NCBI GenBank assembly: GCA_965235115.1
Contig: OZ249453.1
Span: 3,410,001-3,474,000 of the forward strand
Length of the DNA stretch: 64,000 nucleotides
Reading direction: 5' to 3'
From: Laetmonice hystrix
Lineage: Eukaryota
The position numbers were made by a program, and so were the translations under genes. Under the pieces are notes generated by a model that searched no databases, was not told where the DNA came from, and saw only the letters and a list, made by a program, of their open reading frames with translations. Of this stretch, positions 13,227 to 25,181 are shown one piece after another (position 1 is the stretch's first letter; every line of letters begins with the position of its first letter).

Positions 13227-14612
13227 GTAACTGATGTGGACGCCCCATGTCCAGTGTGATTTGTGAGCTCCTGCCGCTGAGGTTCGAGATGATACATTCA
13301 ACATGAGCAGCGGAACGCGCGCACAGACGGCCCCAATATTGGCACAAAGTACCTGACAACGGCAATGACAAAGTGAAGTCGATGTAGCAGAAATGGTTGA
13401 ACAGACCCACGCGCTCCGGACAGCTGGTTGAACGCCACGACAAGCATGTCACATTGTGCACAACAGGCCCGAACCGAGGCTAATGGAGCCAATACATTGT
13501 AACTACTCAACAAAGACCTACCCCTCCCTCCCTCCCAACCTGTCACAGCATCAACCAACCAATCCAACAGCTTGATACTGCCGAAACATCGCTTGATACC
13601 CAACACAACAAACACGCAGTCAATAATTCACAGTCCCGGGCCGCGGCCATCAAACCTGGATTTGTAAGCACGGAATATTGAAATGTTGGTGTTTGACTGT
13701 GAATGGCTGACCCACGGGTTGGAGATAAATTATGCAGTGAGAAGCATGTCACGGCTGCCGGGGGCCCAGCGTAAACACCCAGTATACGTGGCCGCCCTGA
13801 CAGCGCCAGTTTGATATTGGGGTGCTTGATGTGGCCAATTGCTATGATTGCTTTTGTGCTCAGGGAAATGGTCAGGTCAGAGGGCCACAGAATGATGCGG
13901 TGGAACTGAGGTGACCTTACACTGCAAGGTGCATCAATATTTGACAAGGTCAAAGCAAAGGTCCTGAGGGTTGACCTTCAATGCAAACACACGCCACTGT
14001 GGGTGACCTTGGTGAGTGGGGCTCCGGGGTAGCGGGGTGAAGGTCAGAGTAGGGGGCGGGGTGGGAGTGGGGTTTCTGTCGGTGTGTGGGGAAGGAGGGC
14101 GGTGACCTGGTGGGAGGGGAGGGTTTGAGGGTGGGGTATTTTGTTATGGAAGGATGTCGTGCCTGTCTGTCGTGGACAGATTCACCCCTGTCTGACCGCT
14201 AATACCGGAGGAGGGGGGCTCGGCTTCCTCCCCTCATCCCGCCTAGGAACAAGTCAATTATACCAACGAGACTAGTCTCGTTGATTATACTCAGGGACTG
14301 ACAATCTTTTATCTTATTGTTTTTTTTTATTTTTTATTTTTTTATTTTATTTTATTGTTTTTTTTTTTTTTTTTTTTTTGGGGGGGGGGGGGGGTCAGGG
14401 GGCGGGCATATCGGTGGGAGTCACATGGGCATGTGTCCACGTGGGTTGTCTGCTAAAAAATCCGATTTAGATTTTAAATTAAATTTATTTCACCTGGGAT
14501 CCTGTTCAGGCGATCTAATCGATAATAAGTTGATGCTTGATGACTTCGATCAGTGGTGAGTAATGTCATTAAAAGTAGAACAAACTAAACTAAAGGGAAT
14601 GGAATGTTGTTA

Positions 14613-16105
14613 CTGACAGCGCCTCAAGCGAAGGGCCATACTTGCAGGCATTACTAGAGATGTTTAGTTGCTGACAGGGCTTCAAACGAAGGGCCATACT
14701 TGCAGCCATTACTAGGGCTGTTTTAGTTGCTGACAGGGCTTCAAACGAAGGGCCATACTTGCAGCCATTACTAGGGATGTTTAGTTGCTGACGGCCTCAA
14801 GCGAAGGGTCATACTTGCAGACATTACAAGGGCTGTTTTAGTTGCTGACAGGGCTTCAAACGAAGGGCCATACTTGCAGCCATTACTAGGGCTGTTTTAG
14901 TTGCTGACAGGGCTTCAAACGAAGGGCCATACTTGCAGCCATTACTAGGGATGTTTAGTTGCTGACGGCCTCAAGCGAAGGGCCATACTTGCAGACATTA
15001 CAAGGGCTGTTTTAGTTGCTGACAGGGCTTCAAACGAAGGGCCATACTTGCAGCCATTACTAGGGCTGTTTTAGTTGCTGACAGGGCTTCAAACGAAGGG
15101 CCATACTTGCAGCCATTACTAGAGATGTTTAGTTGCTGACGGCCTCAAGCGAAGGGCCATACTTGCAGACATTACTTGGGCTGTTTTAGTTGCTGACAGG
15201 GCTTCAAACGAAGGGCCATACTTGCAGCCATTACTAGGGATGTTTTAGTTGCTGACAGCGCCTCAAGCGAAGGGCCATACTTGCAGGCATTACTAGAGAT
15301 GTTTAGTTGCTGACAGGGCTTCAAACGAAGGGCCATACTTGCAGCCATTACTAGGGCTGTTTTAGTTGCTGACAGGGCTTCAAACGAAGGGCCATACTTG
15401 CAGCCATTACTAGGGATGTTTAGTTGCTGACGGCCTCAAGCGAAGGGCCATACTTGCAGACATTACTAGGGCTGTTTTAGTTGCTGACAGGGCTTCAAAC
15501 GAAGGGCCATACTTGCAGCCATTACTAGGGCTGTTTTAGTTGCTGACAGGGCTTCAAACGAAGGGCCATACTTGCAGCCATTACTAGGGATGTTTAGTTG
15601 CTGACGGCCTCAAGCGAAGGGCCATACTTGCAGACATTACTAGGGCTGTTTTAGTTGCTGACAGGGCTTCAAACGAAGGGCCATACTTGCAGCCATTACT
15701 AGGGATGTTTAGTTGCTGACGGCCTCAAGCGAAGGGTCATACTTGCAGGCATTACTAGGGCTGTTTTAGTTGCTGACAGGGCCTCAAGCGAAGGGCCATA
15801 CTTGCAGACATTACTAGGGATGTTTTAGTTGCTGACAGGGCTGCAAACGAAGGGCCATACTTGCAGCCATTACTAGGGATGTTTAGTTGCTGACAGGGCC
15901 TCAAGCGAAGGGCCATACTTGCAGACATTACGACGGATGTTTTAGTGCTGACAGGGCCTCAAGCGAAGGGCCATACTTGCAGACATTACGACGGATGTTT
16001 TAGTGCTGACAGGGCCTCAAGCGAAGGGCCATACTTGCAGACATTACTAGGGATGTTTTAGTTGCTGACAGGGCCTCAAGCGAAGGGCCATACTTGCAGG
16101 CATTA
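14613..16105. repeat. 57-59 bp minisatellite with a 174-bp trimeric higher-order repeat
   Basis: GAAGGGCCATACTTGCAG core; variant ACGGCCTCAAG recurs at 14791, 14965, 15139 and at 15430, 15604. Confidence 0.95.
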
Positions 16106-16815
16106 TGACAGTTGTTTTCGTGTTATTCCGTACAGTTTCGTCAGACTACGTCTAAAGTCTGTCTCGACCTGTTCTGCTCCAGGGCTGTGGGAGTGCTGGA
16201 GGAGGCGCTGGAGACATCCTATACTCCAGTACAAACACTGGAGAAGCCGTCACTGGGTTACATTGTATACGGACTGTCCACAATCAGCGACCCGTACTCT
16301 AGGGGCTCGACCTTCACCCCCACCCCACCCTGCACTCACAAGGTCTCATCCCCCTGTACCACAGTAACATCGATACCCCACTAGGCTCTCAGAGGTCGTG
16401 ACAAGGTCGCAGATGAGCACGGCTTCCTTTGGATCAAATGGCGCTTCAGAAGGGTGTTTAAATACTCAGAAGTTACCCCGCTAAGGGGATGGCGAGGGAG
16501 AGCGAGTGGGTAAGGGTCATGGTTGAGGGGTAAGGTTAGGGTTCACGGAAGGGGTTTACATTGGGGGTAACATGGACCTTGTACATGGGGACCTCCTTGA
16601 GTGACAGCTACCGGTATTGACATAGGAACAGGCAGATGGGAAGAGGGGAGGAAGAGGGGGGCACTGCATCGTCTCAGCCCACGGGTTCTTAGGGGCTGGC
16701 TTCCTCCACATCCACAGGTCTGCGGGGTTTTGAACAACAGGGCCCTGGAACCTGGAAACCTAATCACCGATACCAAAGGTTGTCATAATAATATGTTTGT
16801 CCTTGTTTGTTGCAG

Positions 16816-17009
16816 CCTCCAAGGACTGGCATCATGCGGGCAAGGACAAGGCCCTGCTCTGCACCGACTGCCGGCTCTTCTTCAAGAAGTACGGCAGGGA
16901 CCGGCCTGTAGACAAACGGGAACCTCCACCCTTCATGTTCAAGCCGGTCCGGGAAGACGACACATTGAACGGCAAGCACACCATGCGAACACGCCGAAGT
17001 AAAGAACAG
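16816..17009 (+). CDS. RERE: RERE exon ([26 protein letters not shown]...PPPFMFKPV...[12 protein letters not shown]), second half of GATA finger
   Basis: tgcag / gtaagc; phase 1 to 0; matches RERE SKDWHHGG...LLCTDCRIHFKKYG...PPPFMFKPV...KHSMRTRRS. Confidence 0.95.
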
Positions 17010-18986
17010 GTAAGCCACGATACAAACGGCCTGCGCTGATTGGCGCGCTCTTAAGTGGTTTCTGATTGGCTCTCGTCATTTTCGTCAAATGTTTTCAGTG
17101 CACTTTGGGGGCACGTTTCGAGAGTGTGACTAGCCGCCTTTTGTCACTTGAGCTCAGATGAATAGCGCTCTTCTGATAATAGGAAAGACGGATTTAAAGT
17201 ATGTGAAATGATTGCCGGTTGTTTCTAGTGGAGAACATGCTAATGAAAAGGTCGGTGGTGGAGAAGGCAGTATGTGGCGCCCCCTATGAGGAAGCCAGTG
17301 AGTCATGTTTTGCCACAGGGCTGACAGATTAGGGAAGAAACGCCGTGTGACACACGCCGAGGCCCATACCTGATTACAGCTATGGACGGGCGTCCATTTT
17401 GTCTTCCGATTACTAGGCAATGCACAGTAGGATAAGTAGAACTTACTGCCTCGCCTGACAACTCCTACATCCAACACAGCCAGCCTCCTGTCGCTAATAG
17501 ATACGGACGTGTTGCCATGGAAATGAGGGACTGTTGAATTAAGATCATCTTTCTCCTTGCTGCCCCTGTGGTTAAAGCAATTCCTCCGAGTATGGCGTTC
17601 CAGGGTGTATCGTTTGTCTTCATACTAAAGGAGTTTAGTAGTACGCGCTGGATCCCATCGGCTGTGAATGTTGTACTTTGTGAGGTCCTTTATGTTTCTG
17701 TAGGGAAGTGCAGTAAGGGGTTCAGGTGGGCCAGGCATAGACATGGGGCAAACATTGGTGGCCTCATAAAATAGGGGGACAAGGTAGGGGCACCAAACGG
17801 TACACGGCTATCAAAGTCAGTCAACTCAAGTAAAGTTGGCGCTAAACGAAACGGGGGGGGGGGGTTCTCGAACATACATGACCAAAGTCAGTGCTCCTGT
17901 CTTTCTCCACCGGACCAGCCATATCCCAAACCCGTGACCGTAGACGACCTTGGTCTGACTGACACGGGACTAACACACAACCTCCTGTAAATACTGGTGT
18001 TGTGGCCCGACAACGTCACACCAACTCGCAATCAACCATCAGGGCTCATCCGGGCACGACAAGATTGGTAGCTAAATAACGTGTAAGATCCCTCCATTGG
18101 ATGAGTTCATCATTGTGAAGGTCCTCTCAAACATGGTTGTATGGACCCGTACGAGCTATAGCAGACTGATTTTATACTGGCTTCCTTGTGGCATGCTCTT
18201 AGTAAATCAGCAGACGTAGGCAGCCCTGCCCTACAACCAAGTGTTTCTCAAATAATTGGATGTTTGGCTTACAGAAGGGTAACAAAAAGTCTGGGTGAGA
18301 ATGGACAATGAAAATGAAAACAGTGGTTTATGGACATAAAATAAACTGAATTATGGGTGTTGAAGGTGTTGGAGTTACCCCCCCCCCCCCCCGGCTGATA
18401 TTTTAAGCCCCGGGTGACCCCCCCCCCCCCCCCGCCCCGCCCAAAGCCATCCCTTGTGTAATCAACCTCAGACAATACGAATATGAACATCAACACCTGC
18501 CTATTCCAGGTAAGTACCACATTGTGCCAGACCGACCAGATCAAATTTGCGACCCCAACAGGGTGGCAGGGGTGGCGGCGGGTTGATAAAAAAAGGGAAA
18601 ATATGACAAAGAGGGCACACAAGGACAACTACTACATGAGTGGACTACGAAAAGTGAGATCATCGATGAAAACCCATCCCTCAACGTGCCTTGTTCATTC
18701 AAGTCATGGTCGGGCGACAGTCAGACAACACAGCAAATTACTCGTGCTTCTTTTTCAATAGAACAAAAACCAGGCCACAGATGGTGCCTGTCTCAGTGCA
18801 TGAGGCGAGTGGGAGGGGTGGTGTAATTTCTCGGTCAGCCCTGGTCGTCCCAGGTCTCACACGTGTAGGGGCGGGGGGTTTGTTTGGGACAACCAACAGA
18901 CCCGCTGCCGTTTCCACGTCACCGGAGAGTTGACTTGACACAAGGATTACAAGGTTCTCAACGAGACTGAAATATTAAGGGAGTAA

Positions 18987-19428
18987 TCATGTCGTGTGTC
19001 TCATGGTCAGGGTTCGTTTCTGGTGCATACAGGATGGGTGGGGTCATGTCGTGTGTCTCATGGTCAGGGATCTGGTGCATACAGGATGGGTGGGGTCATG
19101 TCGTGTGTCTCATGGTCAGGGTTCGTTTCTGGTGCATACAGGATGGGTGGGGTCATGTCGTGTGTCTCATGGTCAGGGTTCGTTTCTGGTGCATACAGGA
19201 TGGGTGGGGTCATGTCGTGTGTCTCATGGTCAGGGATCTGGTGCATACAGGATGGGTGGGGTCATGTCGTGTGTCTCATGGTCAGGGTTCGTTTCTGGTG
19301 CATACAGGATGGGTGGGGTCATGTCGTGTGTCTCATGGTCAGGGATCTGGTGCATACAGGATGGGTGGGGTCATGTCGTGTGTCTCATGGCCAGGGCTCG
19401 TTTCTGGTGCATACAGGATGGGTGGGGT
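18987..19428. repeat. Minisatellite with long and short (7-bp deletion) units (TCATGTCGTGTGTCTCATGGTCAGGG...CAGGATGGGTGGGG)
   Basis: Tandem periodicity. Confidence 0.95.
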
Positions 19429-20506
19429 GAACCTGAAGAACCTGAAGAAGTTGCCTCCTCGTCAGTGGGTGTGAAGAGAAATTGTGCAGCAACCCGTGAA
19501 AGATAGGTATTCCTTGTGTGATGGACTAGTTTTAGGCGACTGTAGCGTTTTACTTCGTAGTCTGTGACATGATCTTCAAGGAATTTGTAGACTTATTTCA
19601 TGGCCTTTGGCACAAGCATTTTTTTGAGTCAGAGTTTCCTGCGTTCACCTTTTGCGAAGGGGGGGGGGGGGGGTAGCATTTTGAAAACTTTGGGAGGGGG
19701 GACCGACTGATTCAGGAGGAGTCCCCCCCCCCCCTCCCCAAACGGAACTGCAGGAAACCCTGTCAGTTGATGAAATGATAGCTTTTTTTAATTATTCATG
19801 ACTTTTTCGTCATCACCGCCACCAAGAATTAGATCAAGTAAACCAGGAATGATGGGATTGAAGTTCTGAGACGATGGCAGTGATGAAGTCGGTTTTAATA
19901 ACCTGACGCTATTGGTCAGACTGCTGATCCCTGGGTTGTTATGGTGATTGTCACACACCAAGGTGCCCTGAAAACAAAGCCCACGCTAAGCCGGGAGGGT
20001 TCCGGGCGGTGATTCACACAGTGGCTAATCCTGTAACACAAACCCCCACAGACACCCCAACCCCCTGCCCCACCCCCAACCCCTACCCCCTGCCCCAGCA
20101 CCGACCGCAACCAAACTGGGCGAATGTTGTGGAGGCCAATAATAACAGAATCGTTTGACTTACAATAAAACAGTAACAGGAGGGCCGAGAGGGGGAGGAC
20201 AGTTTGTGCTGACAGTGTTGGTCGGTGGAGGCGCCCCGCGAACGCTCCTTTGAGGACTGATTAAGTTGCCTAATATTGACTTCCATCTGGGCCGGGTACT
20301 TATCCAAACACGACGCCATTGTTGCGATGGAGTGGTTGTCACTGCGGGACCTGACTCGATCGTCGGCTCGGAGAGGACTTGGTGTGGGGCAAGTACGAAT
20401 TGATGCCACTCAATACATATTGGGTGAAATATCATACAGGTAATTTGCCATCGGCGCCCGGGAAGAAAATCAACCATCGCTTAGCGACAACACCTACAGC
20501 CATGTG

Positions 20507-21057
20507 GTTACCTAGCAACGCTGAAGTGATGTGATAAGTGGACGGAAGAGGGCGCTCACAATTTGGTGGCTTTATCTGTGGCGTGTCAACAATGGCGGCG
20601 GCCGCGTGACCGAACGTGAACGAGCGAGACTACGTCCGCGGGTCGATAGGGTTCTTATCACGTTCTCAGGGGCCGCACGCCTCGCTTTCAGTCTCCACCA
20701 ATCCCACAATTCCCTTCAGAGCCTCACTTCCTCCCGTGACAGCTGGCGGATGTGCGGTTGCCATGGAAACTCCAATCTCTCTCTTGAGAGCCATTTTGCG
20801 GCCGTTAGCAACAGTAGTCAAGAGGAAATTTAGGTGTCTATAGCATGTTAGGATAGCCACGATAGCTCTTTTTGTGAAGGTGGGAAACAGTTGCCTTATT
20901 TCCCATAGACGAACCGTTGCCATGGGTACGCCATACATCGTCTGCTATAACACCAAGGAGTGGTCGGCAAATGGCGCAATGACACCAGCAATGACTGGGA
21001 AGCAGTAACCCCGCTGCCATAGCAACTGATGAGGTCATGTCAGTTTGCCATGGCAAC
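20507..21057. promoter_or_regulatory. Cluster of RFX X-box motifs and YY1-like motifs in a CpG-rich stretch of a RERE intron
   Basis: GTTACCTAGCAAC 20507, GTTGCCATGGAAAC 20757, GTTGCCATGGGTAC 20916, GCTGCCATAGCAAC 21013, TTTGCCATGGCAAC 21044; AATGGCGGC near 20591, GCCATTTT near 20790, AAATGGCG near 20969. Confidence 0.6.
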
Positions 21058-21404
21058 TGATAGAGGTCAGTTCATAAACTGAGCAACCTCTGCTAGAAGG
21101 GACGCGCAAGGTTAAATTGATTGCCAAGGTCCCGGCGAACGGTGGCTCGCGATGTGTTTAGATGCTTTGAGCAGCATGCATCATCCCTTTGTGAATGGCA
21201 AACGCTTGTCTGATGTTCCGTACGTCGCCATCATGTCAAGGCGGCTGAGATCTATGTACCGTACCGATATGGAAACGGTATTTGTGTCGTGGGAAAAGGT
21301 CGTTAGGAGTTTCGTGCATGAGGAGAAAACGGCAGCCATGTTGGATGGTTGGTTTATAGTTGGTTTATGTCTGGACAGAATAAAAAAAACGGCTTTGCTG
21401 GAAG

Positions 21405-21612
21405 GAGGCAAGCAGGCAGGCAGGAGGGATGGCAGGCAGGAGGGATGGCAGGCAGGCAGGCAGGCAGGCAGGATGACAGGCAGGATGGCAGGCAGGCAGC
21501 CAGGATGGCAGGCAGGCAGCCAGGATGGCAGGCAGGCAGGATGGCAGACAGGCAGCCAGCATGGATGGCAGGCAGGCAGCCAGCATGGCAGGCAGGCAGT
21601 CAGGAAGGCAGC
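21405..21612. repeat. Compound (GGCA)n/(GGAT) microsatellite
   Basis: Direct reading. Confidence 0.92.
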
Positions 21613-22361
21613 CAGCCAGAGTGCTGCAGCTTTGATAGGAATATTTTCGTGGTTGTAGTCCACACAACTCATACATTCGTGTTGTCGGCATGAACCCCCA
21701 GAGCAATGCTAGGGGTCTCTGATGTCTGGCTTCCTATCGAGCCATTTCTTTACGATGGCTTATCGATCGCCTAACACAATATATACAACACAGGTACAGA
21801 GGAGAGACGGTGTTGGATGTTGGGACTGGAGTTAATGTATTTAGGTGAGCGTCCGTGTTGAAAGTTTGCCATCCTATGATAGGATGAGTAATTTGACTTG
21901 GATAGGACATCCTCTCGGGGTTGAAGTAAGATCAGAACCTGATCACTGACCTGGCATTGTCTCCCGGGGGAGGAGACTCAAGGGCAATGTAAAAACCTGT
22001 TTGACCAGGACGGTATGTCTGGAGCCAGGTCGTGTTTGTATTATTGAGAATGCGTGAATTATTTATTGATGACACGGGCTGTGTTGAGAAGAGGTGATAC
22101 ATGTTTTATGACGTTATCCCTTAGTGTGTGTGTGTGTTATTGGCGGGCTGTCAATGTTAACTGAATGTCCTGTCATATTGTGCGAACTGAACCTAGTTTT
22201 TCAAAACTTAAGTGCTTGTTTGAGCTGATTGTCTGATTGTCTTGTCAAGGGAGAGCTTAGGCGAGAGCTTCAGTTTCGAAAACTAACGGGATTTGTATTC
22301 CGTGTAATAAATCGTCTGATGTTGAAGTTGTCGTCTGTACGTTCTGTGACGTCATTTTCAG

Positions 22362-22532
22362 GGATCAAGTAAAAATAGAACGAGAAAGGAACGTCAGAAC
22401 GCGAGTAGCCCAGATAACGTGGATAGTCCGACGAACAGCTCGACAAGTTCTAAGGACATCACGGGAAGGAAGTCTCCGAGTACGGCCAGTACGTGCAGTA
22501 ACTCGAGCACAGATAAAGACAAGAAAAATAAG
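22362..22532 (+). CDS. RERE: RERE exon (GSSKNRTRKERQNASSPD...GRKSPSTASTCSNSSTDKDKKNK)
   Basis: ttttcag / gtgaga; 57 codons, phase 0 to 0; resembles RERE QPASPDG...SGRNSPSAASTSS. Confidence 0.88.
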
Positions 22533-22681
22533 GTGAGACACTTTTACCATGTTTGTAACGCTGTCACAAACGGTCGGCTAAAGTTACATAAATAAAAAAT
22601 ATATGTAGATGTTATAGACACTTGAAGTTAGAACAGGAATTGTGCCCCAGTACTTTAATGTGGAACCCGTTGTTCCTACAG

Positions 22682-22759
22682 AACAAGGAAAGCCCAACCA
22701 AAGGCAAGAAACGTAACGTTGACAACAGTGAATCAGAGGACAAGAAGAAGAGAAAGAAG
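22682..22759 (+). CDS. RERE: RERE exon (NKESPTKGKKRNVDNSESEDKKKRKK), basic and NLS-like
   Basis: ttcctacag / gtatga; 26 codons, phase 0 to 0, open. Confidence 0.8.
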
Positions 22760-22951
22760 GTATGACTACGGTGTTTTAATTTACCTACAAAAAATAAGAA
22801 AAGCTTTTAGCATGTCTCAGAAAACAATGACGAGATGTTGATCTATGGTTACGAAGTCTCATTATCAGTAGACAAGATTGTAATCTTCTAGTAGTTAGCG
22901 TGTTCTGGTATTGGTGGTTGACAGCAGTTGGCGACGTTTGCTGTTTGTCAG

Positions 22952-23059
22952 ATACAGGAGCGAGCCGACAGTCCGACCGAGTCGTCGACCGACAGCAGCA
23001 GCGTGTGCGGCAACGACAACGACGAAAACGGCAATGACGGCGATATTGAAAATAATCAG
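22952..23059 (+). CDS. RERE: RERE exon (IQERADSPTESSTDSSSVCGNDNDENGNDGDIENNQ)
   Basis: tttgtcag / gtcagt; 36 codons; resembles RERE RPNSPSE...SSDSRSVNDEG...DIDQDN; a second possible acceptor lies 6 nt downstream. Confidence 0.82.
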
Positions 23060-25181
23060 GTCAGTATCCGGGCATCTTTGAAGGTCAAGGACGAGCTGAG
23101 AATGAAATACCATCTATTGTCACATGGATCCTAGGTTCCTCACACAGTCCCTATGTGTGGGTGGGGGAAACTAGGATGATTACGTGTTAAAGTCATCCTA
23201 GGGACCACCTCCAGTGTGACCTTTGACCCCTGGCCTTGCGTTGCTGTGACACGTTTCTTTTAGTAGTGATTGGCTAATTCGTGCGGCCGTCGGATTGAGT
23301 GACGTATGATTGGCATGTTAATTATGGACGCGTCATAAGGTCCATGTTGGGCGCCTGGAGGGGGACTGAACGCTGGTGAGGAAACGAGAGAGAACGAGAG
23401 AGAACGAGAGAGAGGTGGAGAGACTGCGAGGACACGATTTCTCAATAAGAAATCATATTTAGGCGTTCATTTTGTGACGATCTCAGACGAGTCCTTGCGG
23501 AATTTCAAAAACGTATTTGAGTATCAATTTCTTTCTTCAAGAAGCTCCACAGAAGATTAGAAATTACTGACTGAATTCGGTATAAGAAATTGTTGAATCT
23601 CGCAAGCGTTCAGGTTTATTTCCTAGCCATGTCCGTATGTCTGTCTCGTTGTCGGTGTTGTCGAGGTCTCCTTCCAATATTTCCAGACACTTATAATAGA
23701 AATGGATATAGTGGTTAACGAATGGATGAGAGGGGGGCCTGAGGGTTTGATGGATACCCTCCCCAACCTTTGTAAATGTTTGATCATAGATACTGATGGC
23801 TTGTTTGGATTACCCGTGTGTGACGACTGGTCAACACCATGTAGTCTTCCCGTGTGAGATCCCTACTATACACACTTCCCAATCTTTGTTCTACCCAAGT
23901 GTTATTAGAGACGAAAGACATGAAATTAATAGTGCCGTTTTGATACAATATTGCAATTGAAATGACATTTTGAACTTTGGGCTCGTTTGGAAACGACTGA
24001 AAAATGTGGCCGTGTTTATGAGAGCCGTGGAGAAGGTTTGGGAAGTGTGTATTTCTAGTCTTGAAGTCGTTCTAGTTGATAAGGCTGTTAACAACCTACA
24101 TTACAAATCTGCCTCCGGTTATTGAAACCATTTTGATGATATTAAATCGATGGCTAGTGAAGAATCTGTAAGAAGAAAATGTTGAAGTTTTGCCTGTGAC
24201 AGCCATGGAAGGGCTGTTAATCGTATTTCTGTCGATTTCGATGCTAGAATTCTTCTGGTAAAATATTCTGGTTAACTACATAGAGGGATGAAATTTGCTT
24301 AGATCAAAACAAAACAAAAAATCCTGACAAAAGAGTGTAAATACCGAATCAGCACTTGTATGGAGCATTGTGGAAACTTTCTAGTGTTAAGATAATGTAA
24401 GAAGTAAGAGTTAACTCCTAGTATTGAGTTTGTAAATTGATGTCGCACAGCGTCGGTTTATTGTCCTTCACTAAACTATCTTGCACAACACGCACTTAAG
24501 AAGCTCCATTGCATGAATTTGTTGTTGTTGGTTGAAATTGTATCCAGCCTGGACTTACTGAGATCAGATCTTGTAGATTTTCTTCCCGTAGATTCTACCT
24601 TATTGATGGTGTGAATATTTTGGTTCAAAATAGACGATACAAATTGAACGGCCTCTCCACTGCTGATGACGGCACTTTCTCCATTGTTTTGGTTCTGGTT
24701 GAGATTAAATAGAGAGTCCAGCTTCTCGTGTGGCATGACTTAGTGGTTTGTTCGGCTCTGTCGTGACACTAAGAAACAAATGTTAGAGGGTTGATGACAA
24801 TTTTGTTTACAAGGAACATTTTCACTGGCTGCCAATGTTCTGATGATAGGAGTCTGCATGTTCTGAAGAACCAGTTTGCATGAGAAAGAAAAAGGTTGGT
24901 TTTGCTTCATTGCACCATAGAGTTGTCTTCCAGTGCTGTCTTCCGGCATCTTGTTTATAGCCTGCGTCAACGATGCATGCCTTCTTCTATCATCGCGACT
25001 TGGTCTCACTGAATGTGACTGAACCTTCACCATGTTCCTAGATGGCACCACCCGTGCACTTCACTCGCGCCACCTGGCGGTTTAACTCTGGTGTCTGTGT
25101 GCAGAGCGCGCTGCTTTGTTGCCTAGCGACCACTCAGACTAATGCCGGCCTCTTATTGGCTTATAGTTTACTGTTCTTCAG

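Noticed and set aside
18989-19506. Overlapping ORFs of 144-170 aa
   Set aside because: Tandem-repeat artefacts.
21152-21706. ORFs rich in GRQA/LPAC
   Set aside because: (GGCA)n microsatellite artefacts.
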